From IMG/VR virus record IMGVR_UViG_3300009610_000028, positions 19,415 to 83,414 of that record: a stretch of DNA of 64,000 bases, one strand, 5' to 3'. Positions 45,229 to 54,522 of the stretch are shown piece after piece. Both the position numbers and the translations under genes were made by a program. Under the pieces are notes generated by a model, which was not told the origin of the DNA, did not search any database, and saw only the letters and a list, made by a program, of their open reading frames with translations. Each line of letters starts with the position of its first letter. Position 1 is the stretch's first letter. Origin of the DNA: a virus.

Positions 45229-46557
45229 ATGAGCAAGAAGATCAGCCCGGCTAAGGCTGCGCGCATAAAGGCCGACATCGCAACTGAGATGACGCAGGCC
45301 AAGATCGCAAAGAAGCACAAAGTCAGTCGATCCGTTGTCAGTGACATTGCTACCGGCCGTCTGCATAAGAACGTGCCCTGGCCCAACGGTGAGCCGGTCC
45401 CGAAGAGGTCGGGCGGCCAGCGAAAGAAACTCGATAAGGTCGATCCCACAAACAAACGCATCTTGGAGCTTGAGGCGGAGATCATCCATCTCACCGAGGA
45501 GCGGAATCGCGAACGGGCAAAGAACAAGGCCAGCGCCAAGACGCAGGGACTGTTCCGCGCCATCGTGAAAGAGATGGAAGATCGGGTCGTGCCCTTCAAG
45601 CATCTGCCCAAGGCTATCCAGTCACGCAAACGCGGCAGTGCAATCGAAGAACACGTCGTAATGCACTTGAGCGACGGCCACCACGATCAGGTCATCACAC
45701 CAGAAGAGACACTCGGTTTCGAGCAGCACGATTTTCCAATCGCTTGCTGCCGCGCTGAGCAATACGTGGACACGGTGATCGACTGGTGCAAGGGCACGCT
45801 CGCTCCTAAGTTCGATTTCAGAGTGCTCTGGATTCCTGCCTACGGTGACCACACCAGCGGTGAGATTCACGGACACGGCAATCGGTCGTACTACCGCAAT
45901 CAGTTCAAGAACTGCCTGGCGATTGGACAACTCCATGCCCTCATGTATCGCGATCTGGCTTGCCATTTCGATCAAGTCAATGTCGTGTACCTTTCCGGCA
46001 ATCATGGTCGGCGTTCGACGACAAAAGATTATCACGGTGCCCAAGACAACTTCGACTTCCTCATCGGTGAAGTAGCTCGACTGCATTGCCGGGACATGGC
46101 GAACGTTTCGTTCCTCATCCCGAATGCGTACTCGATCAATCTCGACATCAACGGCGTCGGGTTCAACTTCTCGCATGGCGACGACGTGAAGGGCAACGGC
46201 GGCATCCCATTCTACGGAATGGTGAGACGCCAGAAGGGTCTCTCGGCCCTGCATGCGATGAGCGGTCAACAACGAGTCCGCTACTTCTGCATGGGCCATC
46301 ATCACACGACAAGTGCCCTGTCCGATCTGGACGGCGAACTGTTGGTGAACGGTGCCTGGGTCGGAACCGATCCTTATTCGTTCAACTCGTTCAGCGGCTA
46401 CCGCGAGCCGGCACAGCTTCTCCACGGAGTCAATCCCAAGTACGGGATCACGTGGCGGATGAACGTGAAGCTTCGCCAAGAGTCGGAACTGTTCGGTCCC
46501 AAGCGATACAAGATCGACGGCGGCCGTGATGTTGGTCCCTTACTCCTGGAGCGCTAA
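45229..46557 (+). CDS. HTH-coiled-coil metallophosphoesterase (calcineurin-like)
   Basis: N-terminal HTH (TQAKIAKKHKVSRSVVS). SDGH, GD, GNHG, HGD, GHHH motifs. Confidence 0.85.
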   Translation: MSKKISPAKAARIKADIATEMTQAKIAKKHKVSRSVVSDIATGRLHKNVPWPNGEPVPKRSGGQRKKLDKVDPTNKRILELEAEIIHLTEERNRERAKNKASAKTQGLFRAIVKEMEDRVVPFKHLPKAIQSRKRGSAIEEHVVMHLSDGHHDQVITPEETLGFEQHDFPIACCRAEQYVDTVIDWCKGTLAPKFDFRVLWIPAYGDHTSGEIHGHGNRSYYRNQFKNCLAIGQLHALMYRDLACHFDQVNVVYLSGNHGRRSTTKDYHGAQDNFDFLIGEVARLHCRDMANVSFLIPNAYSINLDINGVGFNFSHGDDVKGNGGIPFYGMVRRQKGLSALHAMSGQQRVRYFCMGHHHTTSALSDLDGELLVNGAWVGTDPYSFNSFSGYREPAQLLHGVNPKYGITWRMNVKLRQESELFGPKRYKIDGGRDVGPLLLER

Positions 46558-46728
46558 ATGACGAGCGACGAAGACTGCAAGCAACGCGCTGAGCAACTTC
46601 TGGCCTACATGGCGGGCGACGAAGACGTGTGGGATGGCTACGGCGTTTACGAAGTAGCCAGCATCCTCGAACCACTCGCTCACTTCTACCTGGAGAACGC
46701 ATGCCTGCCTTCCGCAAGAAGCCCGTGA
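46558..46728 (+). CDS. Small hypothetical protein (56 aa)
   Basis: GGAG RBS. MTSDEDCKQRAEQLLAYM... starts immediately after the previous stop. Confidence 0.55.
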   Translation: MTSDEDCKQRAEQLLAYMAGDEDVWDGYGVYEVASILEPLAHFYLENACLPSARSP

Positions 46729-46985
46729 TCGTCGAAGCGTTCCGCGCTGCCGAGCGGACGATCATCGCCGCAGAACTAACGCTGCACAAGCACGATCTGC
46801 TCGCCGAGGAAGGTGACTGGATCATCAAAGGACTCAATGGAGAGATGTATCCCTGCAAGGACGACATCTTTCGGGCGACGTATGAGCCGGTCGGGAAAGA
46901 AGGCGTGTGGGCGTTGCTCGCCGCCGGACCCGACACACCCAATGACGACGAACCAATCATCCTCAAATTCCCTGGTGTCGAATGA
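46701..46985 (+). CDS. PGDYG-like conserved phage protein
   Basis: FRKKPVIVEA and EGDWIIKGLNGEMYPCKDDIFRATYE. Confidence 0.85.
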   Translation: MPAFRKKPVIVEAFRAAERTIIAAELTLHKHDLLAEEGDWIIKGLNGEMYPCKDDIFRATYEPVGKEGVWALLAAGPDTPNDDEPIILKFPGVE

Positions 46986-47269
46986 ACCTGAACAGTGAGC
47001 TTGATGCAATGCGGCTGCTCATCGAGCAGCGTTTGAACGGTCTGATCCTCGCGACAGCGCCTTCGGAGAAGTCAGAGATCAGCCAGGTGCTGCTCCCGCT
47101 TCTCGACTTCGCCAAGCTGCTCATCGAACTGGACCTCAAGTTGGTCCAGCCCGTCACGGTGAAGCCGAAGCGGTCTTACAACCCTTTCGACGACATCGAA
47201 GACGATGATGAGGATGACGACTTCATTCCCGATGAGGATGACACGGACCTCGAAGAGTGGGGTCTATGA
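46982..47269 (+). CDS. Hypothetical protein with acidic tail
   Basis: ATGA overlaps on both sides. DDIEDDDEDDD tail. Confidence 0.7.
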   Translation: MNLNSELDAMRLLIEQRLNGLILATAPSEKSEISQVLLPLLDFAKLLIELDLKLVQPVTVKPKRSYNPFDDIEDDDEDDDFIPDEDDTDLEEWGL

Positions 47270-48012
47270 ATTCATCGTTTCTCGCCTTCCCATCCTACGA
47301 CGGGAAGGTTGACGCCCGTGCCAGCAAGGGCGCGTTCTTTGCAGGCCGGCATCCAATCTACGTCTCCTGTCAAGGTGACAGTCTCCTCGCGAAGAACTTC
47401 AACACGCTCTATGCCACGGCATTAGAGATGAAGTTGGTCAATCCTGACATGAAGTGGTTTGCGATGCTCCACGCGGACATCGAACCAGAAGAGTTTTGGC
47501 TAGACAAGCTTATCGCTGAGGCCGAACTGCACGACGCGGATATGCTATCCGTTGTGGTGCCAATCAAGGATGACCGGGGTGTCACAAGCACTGCGTTTGC
47601 TAAGCCTGGTGATCGGTTCAATATGCACACCCGCCTGACAATGAATCAGGTGAACCACGCATCGTTTCCACAGACGTTTGATTTGCATCAAGCGGCTGAT
47701 GCGTTGGAGCGGTTGCCAATTCATCTACGGATGAAGAACGTGCCGCGCGAAGCTCTGCTCGTCAACACGGGCTGCTTCTGTTTGAATCTCGATAAGCCGT
47801 GGTCCGACCAACTATGGTTCACGATCAACGACAAGATCGAGAAAGTGGATGGGCACTACGTTGTGCTCAACGAACCGGAAGACTGGTTCTTCTCGCGACT
47901 CCTGGCCTCACATGGCGCGAGAGTGATGGCAACAAAGCACGTGCGTTTGAGCCATCACGGCGTAACACCCTACAAGAATTGGGAAACCTGGGGCCAACCC
48001 AAAGACCTGTAA
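47266..48012 (+). CDS. GT-A fold glycosyltransferase-like protein
   Basis: FPSY, MLHADI (DxD variant), NTGC, PEDWFFS, LSHHG. Confidence 0.75.
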   Translation: MNSSFLAFPSYDGKVDARASKGAFFAGRHPIYVSCQGDSLLAKNFNTLYATALEMKLVNPDMKWFAMLHADIEPEEFWLDKLIAEAELHDADMLSVVVPIKDDRGVTSTAFAKPGDRFNMHTRLTMNQVNHASFPQTFDLHQAADALERLPIHLRMKNVPREALLVNTGCFCLNLDKPWSDQLWFTINDKIEKVDGHYVVLNEPEDWFFSRLLASHGARVMATKHVRLSHHGVTPYKNWETWGQPKDL

Positions 48013-48020
48013 AGGAACGT

Positions 48021-48161
48021 ATGAGCGATTCTCTAATCTACTTTCTGGGCCACCGTCCGCTGTTCAATCTCGTTCGGTGGGCCGCTTTCTTCACCACAGC
48101 GGGGTTCGGCTTGGGTTTCGGCCTTTCGCTGAGCACCTTCCTGATGCGGGTGATCTTCTAG
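48021..48161 (+). CDS. Small membrane protein (46 aa)
   Basis: AAGGA RBS, hydrophobic GFGLGFGL helix. Confidence 0.55.
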   Translation: MSDSLIYFLGHRPLFNLVRWAAFFTTAGFGLGFGLSLSTFLMRVIF

Positions 48162-48220
48162 TCAACATACCCGGTGTCCCTCTCCCGCTTGCGGTGACGA
48201 ACATAAAGGCCGGGTTTTAC

Positions 48221-48292
48221 TGTGCCCTAGCACAATGGTAGTGCTCGTCACTGTTAATGACGCGGTTCCTGGTTCGAGTCCAGGGGGCACAG
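48221..48292 (+). tRNA. trnN: tRNA-Asn(GTT)
   Basis: Full cloverleaf: TGTGCCC/GGGCACA, GCAC/GTGC, CGTCA-CTGTTAA-TGACG, CCTGG-TTCGAGT-CCAGG. CCA not encoded. Confidence 0.95.
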
Positions 48293-48311
48293 CTTCACAA
48301 TGGAGGTTTGA

Positions 48312-48794
48312 ATGTTTCACTCACCGATGGCACCCGATGCTCACGACAGCATGGATCGAACTATTGAGTTTGGTTACGACGTGATGATCGGAGGAACGGT
48401 TGCATGGAAGATCGAAAGGATCAGTCGGTTCGAGGAACGGCGTACTCGGATTTGCTGTCTTCGAGACGGGGAGCACGACTCCGAGACAGAGAAGGACATC
48501 AAAACGCTCGAAAGTTGGGGCGTCTATGTTCGTCAAGTTCCTCGGATCGGGTTTTGGGAGAACACGATTGGCGGTGGTTGGTGGCGTTTACATGACACTC
48601 CGATGGTTCGCCAAGTTCTTCAAAGGATCAATAAGCACGACGAGCAACTAAGCGACATGCTCACCGATGCCTTCGATGTTGTGTTCAAAGCGGGCTATCG
48701 TCCGCATGTTCTGATTGCTGATGCGGTTGGCGACGTTCGCTGGACGCCAGTAACAAGTAAGAACGTTTGCGCGAGGAATGACAATGGACGCTGA
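48312..48794 (+). CDS. Hypothetical protein
   Basis: GGAGGT RBS, ORF. Confidence 0.7.
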   Translation: MFHSPMAPDAHDSMDRTIEFGYDVMIGGTVAWKIERISRFEERRTRICCLRDGEHDSETEKDIKTLESWGVYVRQVPRIGFWENTIGGGWWRLHDTPMVRQVLQRINKHDEQLSDMLTDAFDVVFKAGYRPHVLIADAVGDVRWTPVTSKNVCARNDNGR

Positions 48795-48960
48795 ACGTGT
48801 TTTCAAAGCTCTGCTCGACGAACTGAACAACTTCGAGAAGGGTGAAGTGTGCGTGGCGCTCGCGGAGTTTCTCCGCGACCAAGACTATTTCGTCGCCGAG
48901 GACGAGGACGAACTGTTTGACCTGGCCCTGGAAAACACGGACCTCGTTGAACCCGAATAG
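48784..48960 (+). CDS. Small acidic hypothetical protein
   Basis: GAGGA RBS, strongly acidic 58 aa, followed by a terminator. Confidence 0.65.
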   Translation: MDAERVFKALLDELNNFEKGEVCVALAEFLRDQDYFVAEDEDELFDLALENTDLVEPE

Positions 48961-48967
48961 GATATAT

Positions 48968-48993
48968 GCCCGGCCTCGCGGCCGGGCTTTCTT
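48968..48993 (+). terminator. Rho-independent terminator
   Basis: GCCCGGCC-TCGC-GGCCGGGC plus TTTCTT. Confidence 0.8.
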
Positions 48994-49000
48994 CGTCTCT

Positions 49001-49834
49001 ATGGAACGCATCGCAAAGTACGACGCCTATCGGGTGCCCACGCCACGTATCTACGTGGACCTCGATTTCAACTGCCGGCTACCGTTCACTTTGGAATCGG
49101 TGCAGAGCCTGGCTGACAACATTCGCGACAACGATCTTGAGATTCCGGTCGTGCTCCAGCGCGTGAGCGACATGGACAACCCGATCTCAGGATTCGACTT
49201 CCGTCTCGTCGCTGGTTTCCGTCGCTACTTCGCGATGGTCTATCTGCTCAAGTGGACGGAGATTCCTGCAAACATCCGAGAAGGAATGACGGATCGTCAG
49301 GCGGAGATTCTCAACCTGACGGAGAACCTGGAGCGCCGAGACCTGAACCCACTGGAAGAAGCGCAAGCACTTGCTCGACGCTTCCCACCTGGCACGCCGC
49401 TTCGCACGATTGCCAAGGCCGTGAATCGCGACAAGCGATGGGTTAGCCAGCGTCTTCACATCATGGAGCTTGCCGAACAACTCCGACCGAAGGTGGCAGC
49501 CAAGATGCTGACGCTGCTCGATGTCGAGATGCTCGTCAAGCTGCCGCCGGAGAGACAGATCGAAGGTGCCAACGAGTTGATCCAAGCTCGCGGCAAGAAT
49601 AAGCACAAGCTCAAAGTCAATCCTGAGTTCCGTCGCAAGTTCCGCGAGAAGCGGGGCAAAGAGGAAGTGAACCGCAGGATCGCCCAACTTCTGCAACTGG
49701 GACTCGGCGGACTAGCAACCCGCTTCGGTGCCTGGTTTGTGGGTTATATCAGTGATGAGGATTTTGACGGCGACATACGGCTTGCCCTCAAATCTTTGGA
49801 CCCAAAATCGGCACAACCTGCATTTGCCGGGTAG
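49001..49834 (+). CDS. parB: ParB/Spo0J-like protein 2
   Basis: LVAGFRRY, LTENLERRDLNPLEEA, HTH (LRTIAKAVNRDKRWVSQRL). Confidence 0.9.
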   Translation: MERIAKYDAYRVPTPRIYVDLDFNCRLPFTLESVQSLADNIRDNDLEIPVVLQRVSDMDNPISGFDFRLVAGFRRYFAMVYLLKWTEIPANIREGMTDRQAEILNLTENLERRDLNPLEEAQALARRFPPGTPLRTIAKAVNRDKRWVSQRLHIMELAEQLRPKVAAKMLTLLDVEMLVKLPPERQIEGANELIQARGKNKHKLKVNPEFRRKFREKRGKEEVNRRIAQLLQLGLGGLATRFGAWFVGYISDEDFDGDIRLALKSLDPKSAQPAFAG

Positions 49835-49863
49835 CAGGAATTCTCCCGACCCTCCAACTCAAT

Positions 49864-49999
49864 GAGGGTCTCAGCGAGCGCTCTCTAGCGCTGAACCTAT
49901 AACCGCACGGCCGCAAAGCTAGGACTGCCGTTGCCGGGCTGTAACGCATTTCATTTCGACCGTGGCTGGTCGAGCACCCTGCGGATCGCTGAGACCCTC
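49864..49999 (+). ncRNA. Candidate structured non-coding RNA (136 nt; strand not established)
   Basis: Perfect 14-bp terminal inverted repeat enclosing several nested stems, filling the intergenic gap. Confidence 0.6.
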
Positions 50000-50010
50000 C
50001 AAGACACTCT

Positions 50011-50406
50011 ATGTACCCAGATCACGAGAAGGACTTTCTCATCCCAGTCAAGCTCAAGAGCGGGTTAGTTGTTTACCTGCTTGAAGAGGATGACGCCGAC
50101 GCTGTGAAGGCCGCTGATCGAGCCGGCCGACCGCTTCCGCCACCGAAGAATCACCGGCTGCTGCCGTTCGGTCAGGGAGTCAAAGAGATCACTAGCGAGC
50201 GCTTCGAGTGCCACTACCGAGATGAGAGTCTCGGCACCTTTCGCACGCTCTATGAAGCTCTTTCGCAATGGGACTACGCAGAACGCTACGAGCGCTTCTG
50301 CATCATTCGTGATCGCGAGCAAGCGGAGATTGACTCCCGCTATTACTCCGAACTGACATTCGACAAGGACGGCTACAAGGTGTTCAAACCTCGGCCGAAA
50401 GAATGA
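50011..50406 (+). CDS. Hypothetical protein
   Basis: ORF with ATGA overlap into the polymerase. Confidence 0.7.
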   Translation: MYPDHEKDFLIPVKLKSGLVVYLLEEDDADAVKAADRAGRPLPPPKNHRLLPFGQGVKEITSERFECHYRDESLGTFRTLYEALSQWDYAERYERFCIIRDREQAEIDSRYYSELTFDKDGYKVFKPRPKE

Positions 50407-52931
50407 GCAAGATTTACATCGACTCCGAGACGTGCGGCCTGCACTCTCAGATGGTTCTCTTGCAGTACGCAGAAGAAGACGGCCCGATTGTTTTGCACGA
50501 CGTATGGACTCGCCCGATTCGTGAGACGCTCCAGATCATCGAGTGGTTCTGCGAGAACACGGTGGTTGGATTCAACTTGGCGTTTGACTGGTTTCAAATC
50601 GTCAAGACGTACACGACATTCCGGCTGGCCAATCCTGACTGGATTCCCCACGAGCACATCAACGAAATTGCAATGCTTGAGCCGGCCGCCCAAGACGGCC
50701 CGTGCGTCAAGCCGGCCAACGCGCTCGATCTGCTGCTGCACTCCCGTAAGGGACCGTATCAATCTCTGATGGCCCGCGAGGACATCAGAATCCGCAAGGT
50801 GCCTACCGCTCTAGCGTATGCCCTCGCAATGGAACTGGAAGATCGCATCCATCTGGATGACATCTACTTCGCCAAGAGCGCCGACAAGGATGCTCCCAGG
50901 TGGCAAGTGTTCGACCGGAGAGCGCCTGATGGCACACTCGACGAAACGTTCAAAGATGTCGTTCTTCGTTTCAACGCCGCAGGCGGACTCAAATTCCTGG
51001 CCGAGCATGCTTTGGGATTCCAACCGAAATTCCATTACAAGGATGTCGAGCCTGATCCTGCCTGGCGACCCTATGAACTCGGATACGCTCCAACCGCTCT
51101 GGCCGTCTCAAGCCCCGAAGCTAACTGGGAAGTTTGGGGTAACAAAGACGGGAAGGATAAGCTGCTCGGCCGAGCCTGGCCGGCGGTCATCGACAAGTTC
51201 ATCGACCATTGGGCCACTCGCACCGATGCTCGCGAGTACGCCACGGACGACATCGTTTACACCAGAGCACTCGACAAGCACTTCGGTTGCCCGACGCCTG
51301 GTGATGATGACTCGATCCTGGCTTGCATGGTGCCGGTCATTCGTTGGCGTGGCTTCACGATCAACGTCGAAGGCATGAAGGGATTGTTGGCGGACGCTCA
51401 GAAGATCGTCGCCAGCAGCCCCGTCAACATCAACAAGCCGTCTGCCGTTCGTGCGTACCTCTTAGAGGTCATGGACGACATCGAGAGTCTCAAGATTCAG
51501 GAGAGCACGAAGAAAGCGAACCTTGAGGCCGTCTCGAAGTACGAAGTCAAAGCCAAGCTGATCGAAGAGGAAGACGAAGATGAAATCGGAACCGAGGGAA
51601 TCGAAGGTTGGGAAGAAATCAAAGACCCCGAATTCTGTCTCAAGTGCGATGGCACTGGACACCTTGGACCGAGCACTACTTGCGCTCGTTGTAATGGCCT
51701 CGGAGTTCTCAAAGCTGGAACAAAGCATCCGGCTGCTGTGCGAGCAAAAGAGCTTCTCAAAGTCAAGGTCGCCGCGAAAGAAATCGAACTCTACTCGAAG
51801 CTGATCTTCGCCAAGAAGTTCCACGCGAGCTTCAACATTGTGGGCACGTTGTCCAACCGCATGTCGGGTGGCGACGGCTTGAACGCCCAAGGGATCAAAG
51901 GCTCGGATGAAGTCCGTTGCATGTTCCCGCTGGCCTGGAAAGGCTACCAACTTTGCGGCGGTGACTTCGACTCATTTGAAGTGACCATCGCAGACGCGGT
52001 TTACAACGACCCTGAACTACGCAAGACGCTGGTCACCAAGGCAGCTTGCAAGTGCAAGGGCGAAGACAAAGAGTGCGACGACTGCGAAGGCACGGGCATC
52101 ACGACTAAGAAAGTCCATGCTCTATTCGCGATGATTATCTTCGACTGCACTTACGAAGAAGTGATCGCAGACAAGGACAAGTACAAGAAGGGCAAGGGTG
52201 GCGTGTTCGCCGAGATTTACGGCGGCAACGAAGACACCCTGGTCCGCAACCTTGGCATCAGCAAAGAGCTTGCGGTCAAAGCTCACAACGGATGGGCCGA
52301 ACGCTACAAGGGCATCGGCAAGTCACGTGAGCGGACGATCAAGAACTTCTGCTCGATGAAGCAGCCGGCCGGCGCTGGATCACAAGTGATCTGGGATGAG
52401 CCAGCCGAGTTCGTCGAAAGCTTCCTTGGTTTCCGTCGCTACTTCACGTTGGAAAACAAAATCTGTCGTGCCTTGTTTGACTTGGCACGCAAGCCGCCGA
52501 AGGGCTGGAAGAATCACCCGGTCAAAGTCGTCCGACGAGATCGCGTGCAAACAGCCGGCGGCGCAGTCGCTTCCGCTCTCTATGGGGCCGCCTTCCAAAT
52601 CCAGGCTGCCAACATGCGGGCTGCGGCCAACCACGAGATTCAGTCACCAGGCGGCCAGATCACCAAAGCGGTGCAGCGGGCCATCTGGGATTTGCAGCCT
52701 CACGGGATTCACGAGCTACTCGTCGGTCCCATGAACGTGCATGACGAACTCATGGTGAGCACTCACCCAAGTGTGGTGAAGCAAGTGACGCATAAGGTTC
52801 GGACGGTGGTTGAATCATACCGAGACAAAGTGCCACTCATCGGTATGTCCTGGTTCGAGGAAATGGCGAACTGGGCAGAGAAAAAAGATGGCGCTCAAAA
52901 GGTCAAGATTCGTGCCCCGGAGATGATGTGA
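50403..52931 (+). CDS. polA: DNA polymerase family A with 3'-5' exonuclease
   Basis: IDSET, FNLAFD, YATDD exonuclease motifs. DFDSFE (A), KGGVFAEIYG (B), VHDEL (C). Confidence 0.92.
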   Translation: MSKIYIDSETCGLHSQMVLLQYAEEDGPIVLHDVWTRPIRETLQIIEWFCENTVVGFNLAFDWFQIVKTYTTFRLANPDWIPHEHINEIAMLEPAAQDGPCVKPANALDLLLHSRKGPYQSLMAREDIRIRKVPTALAYALAMELEDRIHLDDIYFAKSADKDAPRWQVFDRRAPDGTLDETFKDVVLRFNAAGGLKFLAEHALGFQPKFHYKDVEPDPAWRPYELGYAPTALAVSSPEANWEVWGNKDGKDKLLGRAWPAVIDKFIDHWATRTDAREYATDDIVYTRALDKHFGCPTPGDDDSILACMVPVIRWRGFTINVEGMKGLLADAQKIVASSPVNINKPSAVRAYLLEVMDDIESLKIQESTKKANLEAVSKYEVKAKLIEEEDEDEIGTEGIEGWEEIKDPEFCLKCDGTGHLGPSTTCARCNGLGVLKAGTKHPAAVRAKELLKVKVAAKEIELYSKLIFAKKFHASFNIVGTLSNRMSGGDGLNAQGIKGSDEVRCMFPLAWKGYQLCGGDFDSFEVTIADAVYNDPELRKTLVTKAACKCKGEDKECDDCEGTGITTKKVHALFAMIIFDCTYEEVIADKDKYKKGKGGVFAEIYGGNEDTLVRNLGISKELAVKAHNGWAERYKGIGKSRERTIKNFCSMKQPAGAGSQVIWDEPAEFVESFLGFRRYFTLENKICRALFDLARKPPKGWKNHPVKVVRRDRVQTAGGAVASALYGAAFQIQAANMRAAANHEIQSPGGQITKAVQRAIWDLQPHGIHELLVGPMNVHDELMVSTHPSVVKQVTHKVRTVVESYRDKVPLIGMSWFEEMANWAEKKDGAQKVKIRAPEMM

Positions 52932-53188
52932 TGAAGCCAATGATCCTTACCGAACCCGTTTCGTGGCCGAATGGCTCAAACGTGTTGGGAAGCATGTTCC
53001 AAGGAACTGCCTATGCAGCCGCTGTGCTCACTCGTGAGCAGATTATGGCCAAGCACGATCTCACCCTTGAGCAAGTAATTGCGATTGAGGATCAGGTCAA
53101 CGCTAAGACGATTCTGGATGCGCGTTTCTCATGGCCGGATGGCCCACGCTACGACGTGATGATGATGCTCGTTGCTTTTTGTGGCTAA
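52928..53188 (+). CDS. Hypothetical protein
   Basis: ORF coupled to the polA stop. Confidence 0.55.
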   Translation: MMKPMILTEPVSWPNGSNVLGSMFQGTAYAAAVLTREQIMAKHDLTLEQVIAIEDQVNAKTILDARFSWPDGPRYDVMMMLVAFCG

Positions 53189-53203
53189 GCCACTGGAGAT
53201 GAT

Positions 53204-53467
53204 GTGATGGACGGTTTGAAACTGATGGTTCTGCAAGTCTTGAACTCCAGCGTTCAAGAGATTCTGGACGGCTTCGAGATCGCCGCCAAACAAAGCCCGC
53301 GCGGCGTTGGCGGAGCGTTCTGTCTGATCTCATTGGAGAAGGCCGTGTGGCAGATCGAGGCGGAGATTGCCGCTGGTCTCGACGCCGATGGCGAACTCGC
53401 AATCCTTGTTCGCGACATCAAGGCCAAGGCCGAAGAGATCAAGGCTGTCGGTCCTGGAGATATGTAA
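53204..53467 (+). CDS. Hypothetical protein
   Basis: GGAG RBS, ORF. Confidence 0.65.
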   Translation: MMDGLKLMVLQVLNSSVQEILDGFEIAAKQSPRGVGGAFCLISLEKAVWQIEAEIAAGLDADGELAILVRDIKAKAEEIKAVGPGDM

Positions 53468-53682
53468 TGCTCGCGATTGGCGGACCTTGCCACGGCAACT
53501 TCCTGGAAGGAACTATGGGCCGCGATGTTATCGACGTGCCCGTTCCTATTAAGCGCCAGAACCCGTTTGCTGATTGGCCGCCAGAGCCTTCGCCTGAGCC
53601 AACCTATCAGACGGTGCGGTACGAACGATTGGTCATCGTGACACGTTCCGGTCAGCGTATCCCTGTGTGGGTAGTCGAATGA
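53467..53682 (+). CDS. Small phage protein (IGGPxHG motif)
   Basis: MLAIGGPCHG start, TAATG coupling. Confidence 0.7.
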   Translation: MLAIGGPCHGNFLEGTMGRDVIDVPVPIKRQNPFADWPPEPSPEPTYQTVRYERLVIVTRSGQRIPVWVVE

Positions 53683-54062
53683 TCGTTTACAAGGTGCAAA
53701 CTCATCTCGATTCCGTAGGCGGCTACGACAACGTGGTCGCCTTCAACCCCGACTACGTTTGGTCGGTGATGAAGTTCAAGCGCTACTGGCCGTTGCCGTG
53801 GCCCTTCATCGAGATCGGTGTCGTGATGAATCTCCGCAAGGCGGAGAAGGCTGCACTGGAGAAAGCGCTGAACCACGCAAAGGTTCTACGCCGCCGGATC
53901 AAGACACGCATTCTGCGTGTCACCACACTCAACGGTACGGAGACTAAGGACATCATTTGGGACAACGGCAACTGGCTCGACCTGAAAGAGGTCACGTGGT
54001 ACTGGCGTCCGTGGTGTTGGTTTTTCAATGCGAAAGATAAGACAGGCAAAGCACGGTCCTGA
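53679..54062 (+). CDS. Hypothetical Trp-rich protein
   Basis: ATGA overlap, ORF. Confidence 0.6.
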   Translation: MIVYKVQTHLDSVGGYDNVVAFNPDYVWSVMKFKRYWPLPWPFIEIGVVMNLRKAEKAALEKALNHAKVLRRRIKTRILRVTTLNGTETKDIIWDNGNWLDLKEVTWYWRPWCWFFNAKDKTGKARS

Positions 54063-54522
54063 GTGGTACATCCAAAAGGACTTGATGGAGTTTCTCAAGG
54101 ATCGTAATTGGCTCGTCGAGCGGATGATTGGCAACGCCTACCAGTACGGCATCCCTGATCTGTGGGTGCATCACAAGAAGTTCGGCGGGCGGTGGATCGA
54201 CGTGAAGAATCCGACGCGCTACAGCTTCACCAAAGAGCAGCGACACAAGTGGCCGCTCTGGGAGAAGTTTGGCTGCGGAATCTGGATTCTCACTGCTGCA
54301 ACGCAGGACGAATACGACAAGCTGTTCGCCCCTCCTAACTGGCGCGATTATTGGAAGCCGTCTTACGACAAGACGCACGACATCGACGCCCTTCTCGACG
54401 AGCTTGAACATGAAGCTGCAAACGAAACCCTCGCGCTGGCAATGCGCGATCACAGCCTTCGCGATGGCATTGAACCTGCCGGTCGCGGAGCTAATAGAAC
54501 AAGTCGGGCACGACGGAAGTGA
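54028..54522 (+). CDS. VRR-NUC-like PD-(D/E)XK nuclease (resolvase candidate)
   Basis: E..IQ, GIPDL, WIDVK, FTKEQ. Confidence 0.8.
   Translation: MRKIRQAKHGPEWYIQKDLMEFLKDRNWLVERMIGNAYQYGIPDLWVHHKKFGGRWIDVKNPTRYSFTKEQRHKWPLWEKFGCGIWILTAATQDEYDKLFAPPNWRDYWKPSYDKTHDIDALLDELEHEAANETLALAMRDHSLRDGIEPAGRGANRTSRARRK

Noticed and set aside
49908-49936. CGCAAAGC resembling the c-di-GMP-I (GEMM) riboswitch core
   Set aside because: I cannot find the GNRA-capped P2 or the receptor-bearing P3. An 8-nt match is insufficient.
49864-49999. Retron msr-msd interpretation of the inverted-repeat RNA
   Set aside because: No reverse transcriptase gene adjacent or anywhere in the window.
50403-52931. Inteins or introns in PolA, RNR, helicase or terminase
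   Set aside because: ORFs are continuous and of ordinary size. No HN-C/S/T junctions or homing endonuclease motifs seen.
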